Shown piece after piece: positions 49,682 to 58,899 of a stretch of 64,000 nt of DNA. The notes below the pieces were generated by a model, which saw nothing but the letters and a program-made list of their open reading frames with translations, had not been told where the DNA came from and did no database searches. A program made the position numbers and the translations under genes. Every line of letters begins with the position of its first letter. Within the stretch, counting starts at the first letter, position 1. The DNA lies in NCBI GenBank assembly GCA_963749845.1, contig CAVVOJ010000011.1, positions 160,036 to 224,035 of the forward strand, given 5' to 3'. Source of the stretch: an uncultured Chloroflexia bacterium. Its GTDB lineage: Bacteria > Chloroflexota > Anaerolineae > Caldilineales > Caldilineaceae.

Positions 49682-51181
49682 ATGGCTGACCAGCCGCCTC
49701 ATTCCGATCAAGCCGGCATTTCGCGCGCGCAATCGGACCCCCAGCCGCTAGCCGGCTCGCCAATCTATAGCGGACTTCAACAATGCCCGAACTGTGGCGG
49801 CGTGACCGGCCGCGGGGATACTGTTTGCCAGGAATGCGGCGAAGACCTTGAGCGGCGTCCACGTCAGATACGCTGCCGTCACTGCCATGAAACCGGGTCA
49901 TCCGCGCTGGTGCTCTGCCCCCATTGTGGGCGCGAATTACAGGCAGCACCACCGCGCTTGCTAACCTGGGGCGTACCCGCGTTGCTTGCCTTGCTCTTCC
50001 TGCTGCTGCTAGCCAATCGCTGGGAGCGCAACAACCCTGTAGCGTGGCTGCAAAGTCAGGGGACACAACTATCCGGGATCATTGCGCTGGTCGATGAAGG
50101 CATGGAGCCCACGGGCGACAGCGTCATGATCGCGACAGGCAATGAGACCTTCACCAACACCGGCGGGGCCGGAAGCGCCATTGCGTTGGCGCCAACTGCC
50201 ACGCCGGAGCCCCCGGTTGCTGACACGCTCGCCGCGTTGCCATCGGCAACCGAGCCTGCGGATCCGACGCTCGAACCGACCGTTGAACCAACCGCCACCT
50301 CCTTACCGACTTCAGAGCCGACTGAAGAGCCGACCGCTCAGCCAACCGCAACGTCTACAACTTCGCCAACCAACACGCCGGCAGCCACAGCGACAAGCAC
50401 TGCGACAAGCACTGCGCCGCCGACCCGGCGAGCAACCGCAACCGCCACGGGAACAGGCAGCAGCGCCGCGCTCTCATTGCCCACGGCTACGGCCACGCCC
50501 AACGCAGCGACGGTCGAGGCGCGTGTGGCGACCGAAGCCGCCAGCGCCGGCGGGACGGGCGGCTCGGTGGTTACCACTTATACGGTGCGCGCCGGCGATA
50601 CGCTGTTGGGCATTGCCGCCCAGTTTGAGGTTTCAGCCCAGGCCATCATGGCCGCCAACAGTATTGCAGCTACGGAAGTTTACTCTATCCGTCCCGGTGA
50701 AGAGTTGATCATCCCCCTCCCTGGAACGATTGCAGATGCCCCCACGGCCACGCCTGTGCCGCCCACGGCGACCACCCAGCCCCGTGCCGAGCCGACCGTC
50801 ACACCTACGACTGCACCGACAGAGATCGCTCTGCGTCTAGATGCGCCGACTTTGCGCAGTCCGGAAAGCGGCACGACGGTGAGTTGCAACGGCAGTGGCC
50901 AATTAACCTGGAGCCAGGTAGATTTTATACAACCAACAGATCGTTACGTCCTCCACTTAGGCTTCGTGAGCGGACGTGATGAGGGCGGCGAAGTGTCGAT
51001 CACGTGGGTATTGCAGCAGCCGGTTCCGTCTAGCCGTGCGGCATGGGAGATGGATAGCGACCTCTGTGCGTTAGCCCCGCAGGAGTTGGGCCGCCGCTGG
51101 CAGTGGTATGTTGAAGTGCTCGACGCAGGCTCAGAGCGCGTGAGTCCGGCGAGTGACGTTTGGGAATTCACCTGGAACTAG
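49682..51181 (+). CDS. Zinc-ribbon / TM / Pro-Thr-rich linker / LysM / C-terminal beta-domain protein (hypothetical)
   Basis: ATG 49682. Two CxxC...CxxC pairs (CPNCGG..CQECG; CRHCH..CPHCG), one TM segment (ALLALLFLLLLA), and a LysM domain (YTVRAGDTLLGIAAQFEVSAQAIMAANSI). The track fuses it to rseP only because of the rseP frameshift. Confidence 0.7.
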   Translation: MADQPPHSDQAGISRAQSDPQPLAGSPIYSGLQQCPNCGGVTGRGDTVCQECGEDLERRPRQIRCRHCHETGSSALVLCPHCGRELQAAPPRLLTWGVPALLALLFLLLLANRWERNNPVAWLQSQGTQLSGIIALVDEGMEPTGDSVMIATGNETFTNTGGAGSAIALAPTATPEPPVADTLAALPSATEPADPTLEPTVEPTATSLPTSEPTEEPTAQPTATSTTSPTNTPAATATSTATSTAPPTRRATATATGTGSSAALSLPTATATPNAATVEARVATEAASAGGTGGSVVTTYTVRAGDTLLGIAAQFEVSAQAIMAANSIAATEVYSIRPGEELIIPLPGTIADAPTATPVPPTATTQPRAEPTVTPTTAPTEIALRLDAPTLRSPESGTTVSCNGSGQLTWSQVDFIQPTDRYVLHLGFVSGRDEGGEVSITWVLQQPVPSSRAAWEMDSDLCALAPQELGRRWQWYVEVLDAGSERVSPASDVWEFTWN

Positions 51182-51185
51182 CACC

Positions 51186-52418
51186 ATGTCTGAACAACAA
51201 TCCGACAACGCCGACTTCGGCGAGTTTGACCCGATGAATATCGATGACGGCGACTGGGATGACTTCGAGCTGGATGACCTTCATCCAGTTGAGGAGGATG
51301 AGGAGACCGAAGCGCCCCAAAGCCCGCTGGATGAGTTGGCAACTGCCTGGCTGACCGGCCACGATACGGATGTTGCGGCCGCTCTGGCCGCGTCGCGGCC
51401 CGTGGCCGAGGTGATGCAGCAACTCATGCATGTAAGTGAAGGACTGGGTGTGGAGCCCAATCTGCTGCTTGCCTTTTCCGACTTATCGCCGGTCGACACC
51501 GAATTGGTGCGTCGCGAGTGGGCGCTGATACCAGAGTCGCGCCGCTACGCCATCATCACCTACCTCGTCGCGATGGCTGAGGAAGAGCTAGACCTCTTTC
51601 TGGGTCCGATTTTGCGTGTGGCGTTGCAGGACCCCAGCCCTGCCGTCCGGGGGCTGGCGTTAGACGGCCTATGGGAAGACAATAGCAGCGACCTCATTGG
51701 TCCGCTGGTGCAGATGTTGCTAAATGACGCGGATAATGGTGTTCGCGCTGCTGCGGCGCAGGCGCTGGGGGCCTTTGTGCTGGCCGGCGAACTGGACGAG
51801 CTGGACACAGCGCTATCCATGCGCGCGGAAGAAGCGCTCCTCTCGGTATTGCTCAATCCGGAACAACCGGTGGAAGTACGGCGTCACGCGCTGGAAAGCA
51901 TCGCCTACTCGGGCGAGACCGGTGTACGCCAGCTCATCGAAGATGCCTATTACGATCCCGAGGAGGAGATGCGCATCTCCTCGCTGATTGCCATGGGACG
52001 CAGTGCCGACATCCGCTGGCGCGGCTTGGTGCGCGCCGAACTGCGCAACCCGTCTGCAGCTATGCGGGGCGAAGCCGCCATTGCCTGCGGTGAATTAGAG
52101 GCCAAGGCGGCACGGGGCGAGTTGATTTCCCTTCTCGAGGACGACGAACAACTCGTACGGCTCGCGGCTATCACTGCGTTGGGACAGATCGGCGGCAAGG
52201 CCGCACAAGATGCGCTACGGTCCATGCGTGAGAGCGAAGATCCCGTGGAAGTCGAGGCCGCAGACCTGGCCCTGGAAGAGTTGCTCTTCCTACAGGATGA
52301 CCAAGATATCGCGCTCTACGATGAAGATGAGTTGCTTGAAGACTGGGATGATGAACCCTGGGATCAGCCGTATGACGCAGATGATGACGATGATCTGGGC
52401 GACTATGCTGACGAATAA
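51186..52418 (+). CDS. HEAT-repeat protein with highly acidic termini
   Basis: Repeated D.SP.VR..A...LG units (e.g. DPSPAVRGLALDGL, DADNGVRAAAAQALG, NPSAAMRGEAAIACG, DDEQLVRLAAITALG). Both the N- and C-termini are Asp/Glu-rich. Confidence 0.7.
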   Translation: MSEQQSDNADFGEFDPMNIDDGDWDDFELDDLHPVEEDEETEAPQSPLDELATAWLTGHDTDVAAALAASRPVAEVMQQLMHVSEGLGVEPNLLLAFSDLSPVDTELVRREWALIPESRRYAIITYLVAMAEEELDLFLGPILRVALQDPSPAVRGLALDGLWEDNSSDLIGPLVQMLLNDADNGVRAAAAQALGAFVLAGELDELDTALSMRAEEALLSVLLNPEQPVEVRRHALESIAYSGETGVRQLIEDAYYDPEEEMRISSLIAMGRSADIRWRGLVRAELRNPSAAMRGEAAIACGELEAKAARGELISLLEDDEQLVRLAAITALGQIGGKAAQDALRSMRESEDPVEVEAADLALEELLFLQDDQDIALYDEDELLEDWDDEPWDQPYDADDDDDLGDYADE

Positions 52419-52466
52419 GCGCAATTGTCGATCGTCAATTAACCACTGACAGCTAGAAGGCTTGCC

Positions 52467-52877
52467 GTGAACCTCAAACTGAAGCGCCTGGTGCGCACTA
52501 CCAATTCCGAACAGTATGCGCTCTTCGACTTGGACCAGGTGGGCGCAGACGATCAGCCCTTGACAATTGGCAAGCTCGATCTCCATTACACCAACGAGGG
52601 CATGTACGGCACCATTTTGCTCTGGGACGATGCGTCGCAGCGCCTGCGGCCCGATGACCGGCGCCACTTTATCCGTGCACTGCTGAATGAGATTAGCCAG
52701 CCCATGGGGGTGCCCAACGAATTTGTCGTTGAGTTCTTTACGCCCAGTTTGGATAGTTATGAACTCTTTCACAATATCGATGTCGACGAGGAAGAAGTAG
52801 ACGACGTCGGTGAGTCAGGCCAGTTCGAAGCCCCACCCATTAACCTCGATCAGGATGACGCCGGCGCAACCGCCTAA
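52467..52877 (+). CDS. Hypothetical small protein with acidic tail
   Basis: 136-aa ORF with a GTG start. I recognise no family. Confidence 0.45.
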   Translation: MNLKLKRLVRTTNSEQYALFDLDQVGADDQPLTIGKLDLHYTNEGMYGTILLWDDASQRLRPDDRRHFIRALLNEISQPMGVPNEFVVEFFTPSLDSYELFHNIDVDEEEVDDVGESGQFEAPPINLDQDDAGATA

Positions 52878-52953
52878 GCGCAGCGAGCAGATGCGGCGGA
52901 GCGCCGCAAACGCAGCATAGAACGCTCTTCACAGCGAGAAGGCGCCGGCCTGC

Positions 52954-53865
52954 TTGATGATTTTTGAAACAATCCTCCCCATTTTCGCCCAGACCATTCT
53001 GCCGGTCTTTCTGGTTGCAGGAGCCGGAGCGTTGCTGGCCTGGCGAATTCCCCTCGACAGCCGCACGTTGGGACGAACAATTTTTTATCTGGCAACACCG
53101 TCGCTCGTCTTTCGTAGCCTCTATCAGATGGAGATCGACTACGGCGCACTTCAACGCATTGCCCTGGTCGCGGTGACGGTCGCAGTCGCCACCGGCATCA
53201 TGGGCTGGCTGGCCGGCTACGATCAGAGCCGGGAGCGTCGCGCCGCGTTTGTGCTCACCAGCGCCATCCCTAACAATGGCAACATGGGGCTGCCGATCTG
53301 CCTCTTCGCTTTCGGCCCATCGGGTCTGGCGCTTGGTTCCGTCTACTACGTCATCAGTTCGTTTCTTTCCAACACCTTTGGCGTCGTCATCGCCTCTGCA
53401 GGCCAGGCGCCCCTTGCCGTCGCTGTACGGCAGAGCTTACGGGTGCCGGTACTCTATGCGGCAATCCTGGGTTTGGCGATGAATCGAACGGGGCTAACGC
53501 TGCCTGTCGGTGTCTTCCGGGCGATCGACCTGTTGGCCAGCGCCGCCATTCCCGGCATGCTGATCGTGTTGGGCATGCAGTTGATTCATGCGCCGTTGCG
53601 CCAACGCCAGTTCGTCATTCTGCGCGCCACGACCATCCGCCTGATTGCGGGGCCGATCTTGGCTTGGGGCGTCTGCCGGTTGATGGGCGTAGACGGGCTA
53701 GAGGCCGACGTCATTACTCTCCAGGCTGCCATGCCCACAGCAGTCATGACCCTCGTGCTGGCCACTGAGTTTGAGACAGCGCCCCGCCTGGTTGCAACAG
53801 TGGTCTTTTTTACGACGCTCTTCAGCATGCTCACGCTATCCGTCGTCTTATGGTATATTCTGTAG
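52954..53865 (+). CDS. AEC (auxin efflux carrier) family transporter
   Basis: About 10 TM segments. The N-terminus ILPIFAQTILPVFLVAGAGALLA and the overall length are typical of Mem_trans family proteins. Confidence 0.8.
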   Translation: MMIFETILPIFAQTILPVFLVAGAGALLAWRIPLDSRTLGRTIFYLATPSLVFRSLYQMEIDYGALQRIALVAVTVAVATGIMGWLAGYDQSRERRAAFVLTSAIPNNGNMGLPICLFAFGPSGLALGSVYYVISSFLSNTFGVVIASAGQAPLAVAVRQSLRVPVLYAAILGLAMNRTGLTLPVGVFRAIDLLASAAIPGMLIVLGMQLIHAPLRQRQFVILRATTIRLIAGPILAWGVCRLMGVDGLEADVITLQAAMPTAVMTLVLATEFETAPRLVATVVFFTTLFSMLTLSVVLWYIL

Positions 53866-53960
53866 AGCTATGCGACGCCAACCTTGCCTTTGCAACTTCT
53901 CGACGTTAGAATTCGTTTTACGCGAAATGATACCGTCGATGCGGTGACAGGATAACGCCT

Positions 53961-54551
53961 ATGACTGATTATACGAACGAAGACATGGTGCGCCAGCTGC
54001 TGCTTAAGAGCGCACGGCACTTGCAGCGAAACGAGCCCAAAGAGGCCGAAGTCCTCCTGGAGCCCCTCTATGCTGCTGATCCTGAAAACCTGGATGCAGC
54101 GATCAACCTGGGCGGCGCGTATATCTTGCAGCGTAAGTGGTCAAAAGCAGTTGACGTGCTGCGCGCCGCTACCGCGGCTCATCCCGAAAACGCCATGCTA
54201 TGGGTCAATCTGGCCGCTGCGGAACTGGGACAACTGGAGACGGCCGGTCCCCAGCATCAGGAAAAGGCAATGGCCGCTTATGCCAAAGCGCTGGCGCTCG
54301 ATCCGCGCACGCCCAACGTCCACTACCAGCTTGGCTTGATCCACAAGGAGCGGGGAGAATTGGACGAAGCTGCGGCGCTGTTCCGCCAGGCGCTGCAGGT
54401 CAATCCGGCAGACCCGGACGCGCGGCTGTGGCTGGACCGTATTGAGCATGTCCAAGCCGAATTGAACATGACTGCCGCTGCAGCGCCAGAGAAAGCTCCG
54501 AATGCAGGCGCGAACAATGGCGCCGCCGGGAGTGACGAAGCGTCGGCATGA
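53961..54551 (+). CDS. TPR repeat protein
   Basis: Several 34-aa TPR units (e.g. AINLGGAYILQRKWSKAVDVLRAATAAHPEN and YQLGLIHKERGELDEAAALFRQALQVNP). Confidence 0.8.
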   Translation: MTDYTNEDMVRQLLLKSARHLQRNEPKEAEVLLEPLYAADPENLDAAINLGGAYILQRKWSKAVDVLRAATAAHPENAMLWVNLAAAELGQLETAGPQHQEKAMAAYAKALALDPRTPNVHYQLGLIHKERGELDEAAALFRQALQVNPADPDARLWLDRIEHVQAELNMTAAAAPEKAPNAGANNGAAGSDEASA

Positions 54552-55897
54552 GCACCAATGTAACCAGTTCTCCCCAATCGCCCTCTATCAATGAGACCGG
54601 CGCGCAAAGCGCTGGCGTCAGCTGGCGCGACAATCCGGAACGGCTGGCGTGGGGGGTTTTGCTGGCGGCGTTTAGTGTCTTTGTAGCCCTCTTGATCATC
54701 GTCCCCCTCTCTATTACCTATATGGTTGACCATTACATGGTTGCTGAACCAGCTCAGCTGGAGGCCACGCAGGGCACCCTGTTGCTCTACCCTGATGCGG
54801 GCAGTGAGCCAATTGCGGTGACAACCGAGCGCGCCGATGTCGATGAGGGCAGCCGCATCGTGGCCGCGGACGAGTCCACCCAGGGTACGGTCGGCCTCAT
54901 CCGTGATGAGGAGACAGGTGAGCTCCTGGGCAGCGTGCAGATCTATCCCGGCACCGAGCTTACGCTGGAGCGCCTGCGCCGCCCATTTTTTGATCGCAGC
55001 AGCCAGCCTTACACGGTGCGCATGGTGTTGGACGCTGGCCAAGCACGCGTCTTTACCAATAGCGGAAACTTGCGCCCCTTGCAGGTGGAACTGATTACGC
55101 CTCAGGGCACGATTGCCCTGGATGCCGGCAGCTATAACATTGCCGTCGATTCAGTTGCTGCATCTGAGGATGAGGCAGAGAGTGCGCCCGTGGCTGAAGC
55201 CACCACCGGGCGCACCGAGATTACCGTACGCTCGGGCCAAGCAGCGTTGACTGACAGCGTTGGGACGGAACATGTTGTTACCACCGGCATCCGCGGGTGG
55301 AGCACTGGCGCAACCAGCAGTGTCACCGCAGCATCGACCGATCAGAATTTGATCCAGAATGGCGATTTCTCGCAGGCGACGGGCGATTCCTGGAAGCAAT
55401 ATAACGAGGCGCCCGGGGTAGAAAACGGCACGGTCAGCATCATCGAGCGAGACGGACGGCGCGTGGCCCACTTCAACCGCCAAGGCGAAGAAGGCGTCCA
55501 CACAGAAATAGGCATTTTCCAGGAGATTAACAAGGACGTCAACGTCTATGACTCCCTGACAATTCAATTGGACGTGCGTCTCCTGTACCAGAGCCTTGCA
55601 GGCGCCGGCTACATGAATTCCGAGTTTCCGCTGCGTGTGGAAATCGCCTACACGGACGTCTACGGCAAAGATCTGCGCTGGGGACACGGCTTCTACTATC
55701 GGGATCCGGACGACCCGGCCCGTGTCATCAACAACGCCAGCAAGATTCCGCCATACAACTGGTATACGTTCCAGTCCCCCAATCTCATGGAACTCCTGGC
55801 CGAGACGCGCCCGGCGCGGATCAACAGCATTCGCATCTATGCGAGCGGGCATAACTATCAGAGCATGGCGAGCGAAATCTACATGCTGGCCGAGTAG
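54548..55897 (+). CDS. Membrane-anchored protein, FecR-like middle region and CBM-like C-terminal domain (hypothetical)
   Basis: The start overlaps the TPR gene stop by 4 nt. One TM segment (WGVLLAAFSVFVALLIIV). The C-terminal domain begins NLIQNGDFS, which resembles starts of CBM4_9-type modules. Assignment is tentative. Confidence 0.55.
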   Translation: MSTNVTSSPQSPSINETGAQSAGVSWRDNPERLAWGVLLAAFSVFVALLIIVPLSITYMVDHYMVAEPAQLEATQGTLLLYPDAGSEPIAVTTERADVDEGSRIVAADESTQGTVGLIRDEETGELLGSVQIYPGTELTLERLRRPFFDRSSQPYTVRMVLDAGQARVFTNSGNLRPLQVELITPQGTIALDAGSYNIAVDSVAASEDEAESAPVAEATTGRTEITVRSGQAALTDSVGTEHVVTTGIRGWSTGATSSVTAASTDQNLIQNGDFSQATGDSWKQYNEAPGVENGTVSIIERDGRRVAHFNRQGEEGVHTEIGIFQEINKDVNVYDSLTIQLDVRLLYQSLAGAGYMNSEFPLRVEIAYTDVYGKDLRWGHGFYYRDPDDPARVINNASKIPPYNWYTFQSPNLMELLAETRPARINSIRIYASGHNYQSMASEIYMLAE

Positions 55898-55906
55898 CGT
55901 GCGCTG

Positions 55907-57607
55907 ATGGTCGCTCCCGTCCCCACGTCCTCAATGCCGGCGTTACTCTCTCGATTCTGGCGTCGGCTTTGGCTTGGCGCTGCGCTGCTCCTCTACTTTG
56001 TACTTACCCTCTATCAATTGGGCCTGCCTGGTCTTCACTACGACGAAGCCAAAGAAGCCGGCGTGAACGCAATGGAGTTGCTGACGGGCGCGCCCGTGAC
56101 AGCCTTCCGCGACGCAACGATCACGCTTGCAGGCATTGAGCTGCCGCTGATGGTCCAGGACTATATCGGTGCGCTCAACGTCTATCTTGCTCTGCCGGCG
56201 CTGGGTGTCTCAGGGATTGGCGTGCCCAACTTGCGCATTGTTGCCATCCTGATCGGAGCGGCCGCTCTGCTGCTTCTGGAGCGCAGTCTCTCAACCTGGC
56301 TCGCCTGTCTCCTTGGCTGCCCGGCCGCAGCAACCGGTCGCCCAGTTCCCATCACGCTGGCCGGACTCATGGCCGTGACGCTCCTGGCGGCCTCACCCAG
56401 TTTCATCTTCTGGAGCCGCCAGGGCATCTTTGTCACCAACCTAACGCAGCCACTGACGCTGCTGTGTATCTGGCAAGGGCTGAATTGGCTGCGGAGCGGA
56501 CGCAGGGCTGCCCTCTGGGTGAGCGCGTTGGCGGGCGGTCTTGCCCTCTACGCCAAGCTGCTAGCAGTATGGGTTGTGGGGCCCTTTGCATTGCTCATGC
56601 TTGGCTGGTGGATCTATGCGCGCCGGCAGGGTCACCGGCTTGCACCGCCCCTCTCTTTCGGTGCAGTGCTTGGAGCCGGTGCGGCTTTTTTGCTGCCACT
56701 CTTGCCGCTCGTGCTTTTTAATCTCCAGACCGGCGGCACGTGGAACAGCGTGGGCAGCAACCTGGGGGAAAGCTACTATGGTGTCGACAACCTGGCGTTT
56801 GGACAGAACCTCATGGTGCGGGCTGGGCAGATCGGTCAGGTCTTGCGCGGTGATCACTTCTGGTATCTCGGCGGCCTCTATGCCAATCCGTTGGCGCTTT
56901 GGGCAGGTCTCATCCTGCTGCTGACGGGCCTATGGCGGCGGCCAGGCTGGTTGGCAGCGCCACTCTTGCTCGTCGGCCTGAGTTTTGGTGCGAGTCTCTT
57001 CACCATCAGCGATCTTTTCATTACCCACTACGCACTGCTCCATCCATTGCTTATTGGTTTGGCTGGCCTGAGCCTGCAGAGCTGGGTTGTGCCCTCCCCT
57101 CGCATGGCTACCGGCCTTGATCGCATGCTGCGCTGGTGCGCCTACGGCCTGCTTGTGATCTGGTTGGTGCTAGACCTGAATGCGACAGTCAATTACCACC
57201 GTGCGCTGACACGCAGCGGCGGTCTCGCTGACCATTCGGATGCCACGTACCATCTGGCTTATTATCTTCAGTTCAATGGCCTGGGTGCACCAATTGCATT
57301 GGACTGGGGGCTGGATGCGCCGGTCCGCTATCTCAGCCACGGTACCGTGCAGCCGATTGAAATTTTCGGCTACGCGTCACCTAATGCGCCTGACGCTGCG
57401 TTCGATGATCGGCTGGCCCAATTCTTGCCCAACCCCGACAATGTTTACCTGCTGCGCGGACCTGACCAAAGTGTCTTCGCGGGTCGTCGGGCAGCCTTCC
57501 TGGCCGCCGTCACCGCAAGCGGTCTTACCGCCCATCCTGAAGCCGAATTCAGCCAGCGTGACGGAACCGTCCTCTTTGAAGTCTGGCGTGCCGAGCCGGC
57601 GCAGTAG
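55907..57607 (+). CDS. GT-C fold glycosyltransferase (ArnT/PMT, GT39/GT83-like)
   Basis: More than 10 TM segments, with the first periplasmic loop LPGLHYDEAKEAG (acidic motif), as in polyprenyl-phosphate-sugar dependent GT-C enzymes. Confidence 0.8.
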   Translation: MVAPVPTSSMPALLSRFWRRLWLGAALLLYFVLTLYQLGLPGLHYDEAKEAGVNAMELLTGAPVTAFRDATITLAGIELPLMVQDYIGALNVYLALPALGVSGIGVPNLRIVAILIGAAALLLLERSLSTWLACLLGCPAAATGRPVPITLAGLMAVTLLAASPSFIFWSRQGIFVTNLTQPLTLLCIWQGLNWLRSGRRAALWVSALAGGLALYAKLLAVWVVGPFALLMLGWWIYARRQGHRLAPPLSFGAVLGAGAAFLLPLLPLVLFNLQTGGTWNSVGSNLGESYYGVDNLAFGQNLMVRAGQIGQVLRGDHFWYLGGLYANPLALWAGLILLLTGLWRRPGWLAAPLLLVGLSFGASLFTISDLFITHYALLHPLLIGLAGLSLQSWVVPSPRMATGLDRMLRWCAYGLLVIWLVLDLNATVNYHRALTRSGGLADHSDATYHLAYYLQFNGLGAPIALDWGLDAPVRYLSHGTVQPIEIFGYASPNAPDAAFDDRLAQFLPNPDNVYLLRGPDQSVFAGRRAAFLAAVTASGLTAHPEAEFSQRDGTVLFEVWRAEPAQ

Positions 57608-57748
57608 AAATCCGGCTGCACAATGGATCGTGGCTGAACGCGGATCGCAGCAGGTTGTGTAGTCCCAATTCATTTGGTTTTACCGTAACCGGACCCTTCA
57701 GCCGTCCTTGTCATTGCGTGTCTGTTACTGCTTCTAGCGCCAAATGCT

Positions 57749-57778
57749 TTGACGTGACACGATTTGACGTGCTAGAAT
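57749..57778 (+). promoter_or_regulatory. Candidate promoter (TTGACG-18 nt-TAGAAT); the TTTGACGTG motif is duplicated
   Basis: TTGACG at 57749-57754 and TAGAAT at 57773-57778. A second TTTGACGTG copy lies at 57763-57771. Confidence 0.3.
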
Positions 57779-57844
57779 TGCATAAAAGTTGTCCAAGCGC
57801 GGTGGATGGCTAGCGCAGGCCGTAGCAGATCGAAACGATAACGC

Positions 57845-58855
57845 ATGCCTGATCAGAGCTTAGCGACGCAACAAGCAAACGAGCAGTTTACGCCCGATGA
57901 ACGGACGGAGAGCGGGCAGATCGCGCGCGGCGTTGTCTCGATGCCGATTAAGTTGGCGACACTACTGCGTGCGCCCGCGGCGCTTGCCCTCACCATGCCG
58001 ATCCTTTGCGGCGCCATCTTGGGATGGTGGGAACAAGGTGTCTTTGACCTCGCAAATTTCCTGATTGCCCTCCTGGGGGCGCTGTCGGGCGCGCTCAGCA
58101 TTAACGCCTTGTGGGAATACTTCGATTATAGACAGGGGCTCACCGTCGATCATGGTGGGAGTGACCTTCTGCCGGATACGGCCTACAGCCTGATGCGCAT
58201 TGGCCGCATTGATGCCACGCTCACGCGCAACCTGGGTATGATCTTCGGCGCAATCGGTCTAGCCTGCAGCATCCTGTTGGCGCTGCTAGCCGGTTGGCCC
58301 ATGCTTTTTTTCGCTGGGTTGAGTTTTGTACTGGCTCTGTTCTACGCCGCGCCGCCGATTCGATACGGCTATCGCGGCTGGGGGCTGGGCGAAATTGGCG
58401 TCTTCATCAGCTTTGGCCTCTTGCCCGTTTTGGGCGGTTACTACGCGCTTACGCAACAGCTCTCCCAGAGTGCGCTCTGGGCCACGCTGCCGCTGGGTTT
58501 GCTCTCGGTCCTGGTGATCTACACCTATAATCTCTTGCGCTACCACCGTGACTGGCTCATTCGCAAACGGACGCTTGTCGTCAGCGCCGGCCTCCCACGC
58601 AGTCTGGACATCGGGATTGTGCTGACGGTCGCGGCGTATAGTTCTTTTATCCTCGCCTCCAGCATTGGCCCTTTGCCGTTGTGGACCTTGCTGAGTTTGG
58701 GCGGTTTGCCGTTGGTGCTGGGCGGATTCTCAGATATCTGGCGTGGCGGCCGGCGACGGGAAGACCTGCCCAATCTTTACATCACCGCCATCAATGGCGT
58801 TATCGTCACCGCCCTGCTCTTTTGCCTTTCTCTTTTTCTGGACCGGCTTCTGTGA
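57845..58855 (+). CDS. UbiA-superfamily prenyltransferase (MenA-like) with variant Asp-rich motifs
   Basis: About 8-9 TM segments. The first motif reads NALWEYFDYRQG and the second NLLRYHRDWLIRKRTL, against the canonical NDYxDxxxG and NxxRDxxxDxxxGKxTL by my manual alignment. Confidence 0.7.
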   Translation: MPDQSLATQQANEQFTPDERTESGQIARGVVSMPIKLATLLRAPAALALTMPILCGAILGWWEQGVFDLANFLIALLGALSGALSINALWEYFDYRQGLTVDHGGSDLLPDTAYSLMRIGRIDATLTRNLGMIFGAIGLACSILLALLAGWPMLFFAGLSFVLALFYAAPPIRYGYRGWGLGEIGVFISFGLLPVLGGYYALTQQLSQSALWATLPLGLLSVLVIYTYNLLRYHRDWLIRKRTLVVSAGLPRSLDIGIVLTVAAYSSFILASSIGPLPLWTLLSLGGLPLVLGGFSDIWRGGRRREDLPNLYITAINGVIVTALLFCLSLFLDRLL

Positions 58856-58899
58856 GCATGGACGCGTTCCTGCCGCACCGGATCTAACGGACTCCAACC

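Noticed and set aside
50150-50800. Repetitive DNA (e.g. GCGACAAGCACT duplicated, recurring ACGGCCACG/CCGACC words) that could be mistaken for a CRISPR-like or tandem-repeat array.
   Set aside because: It is in frame within the zinc-ribbon/LysM gene and encodes Pro/Thr/Ala/Ser linker sequence (ATSTATSTAPPTRRATATATGTG...). There is no constant repeat/spacer periodicity.
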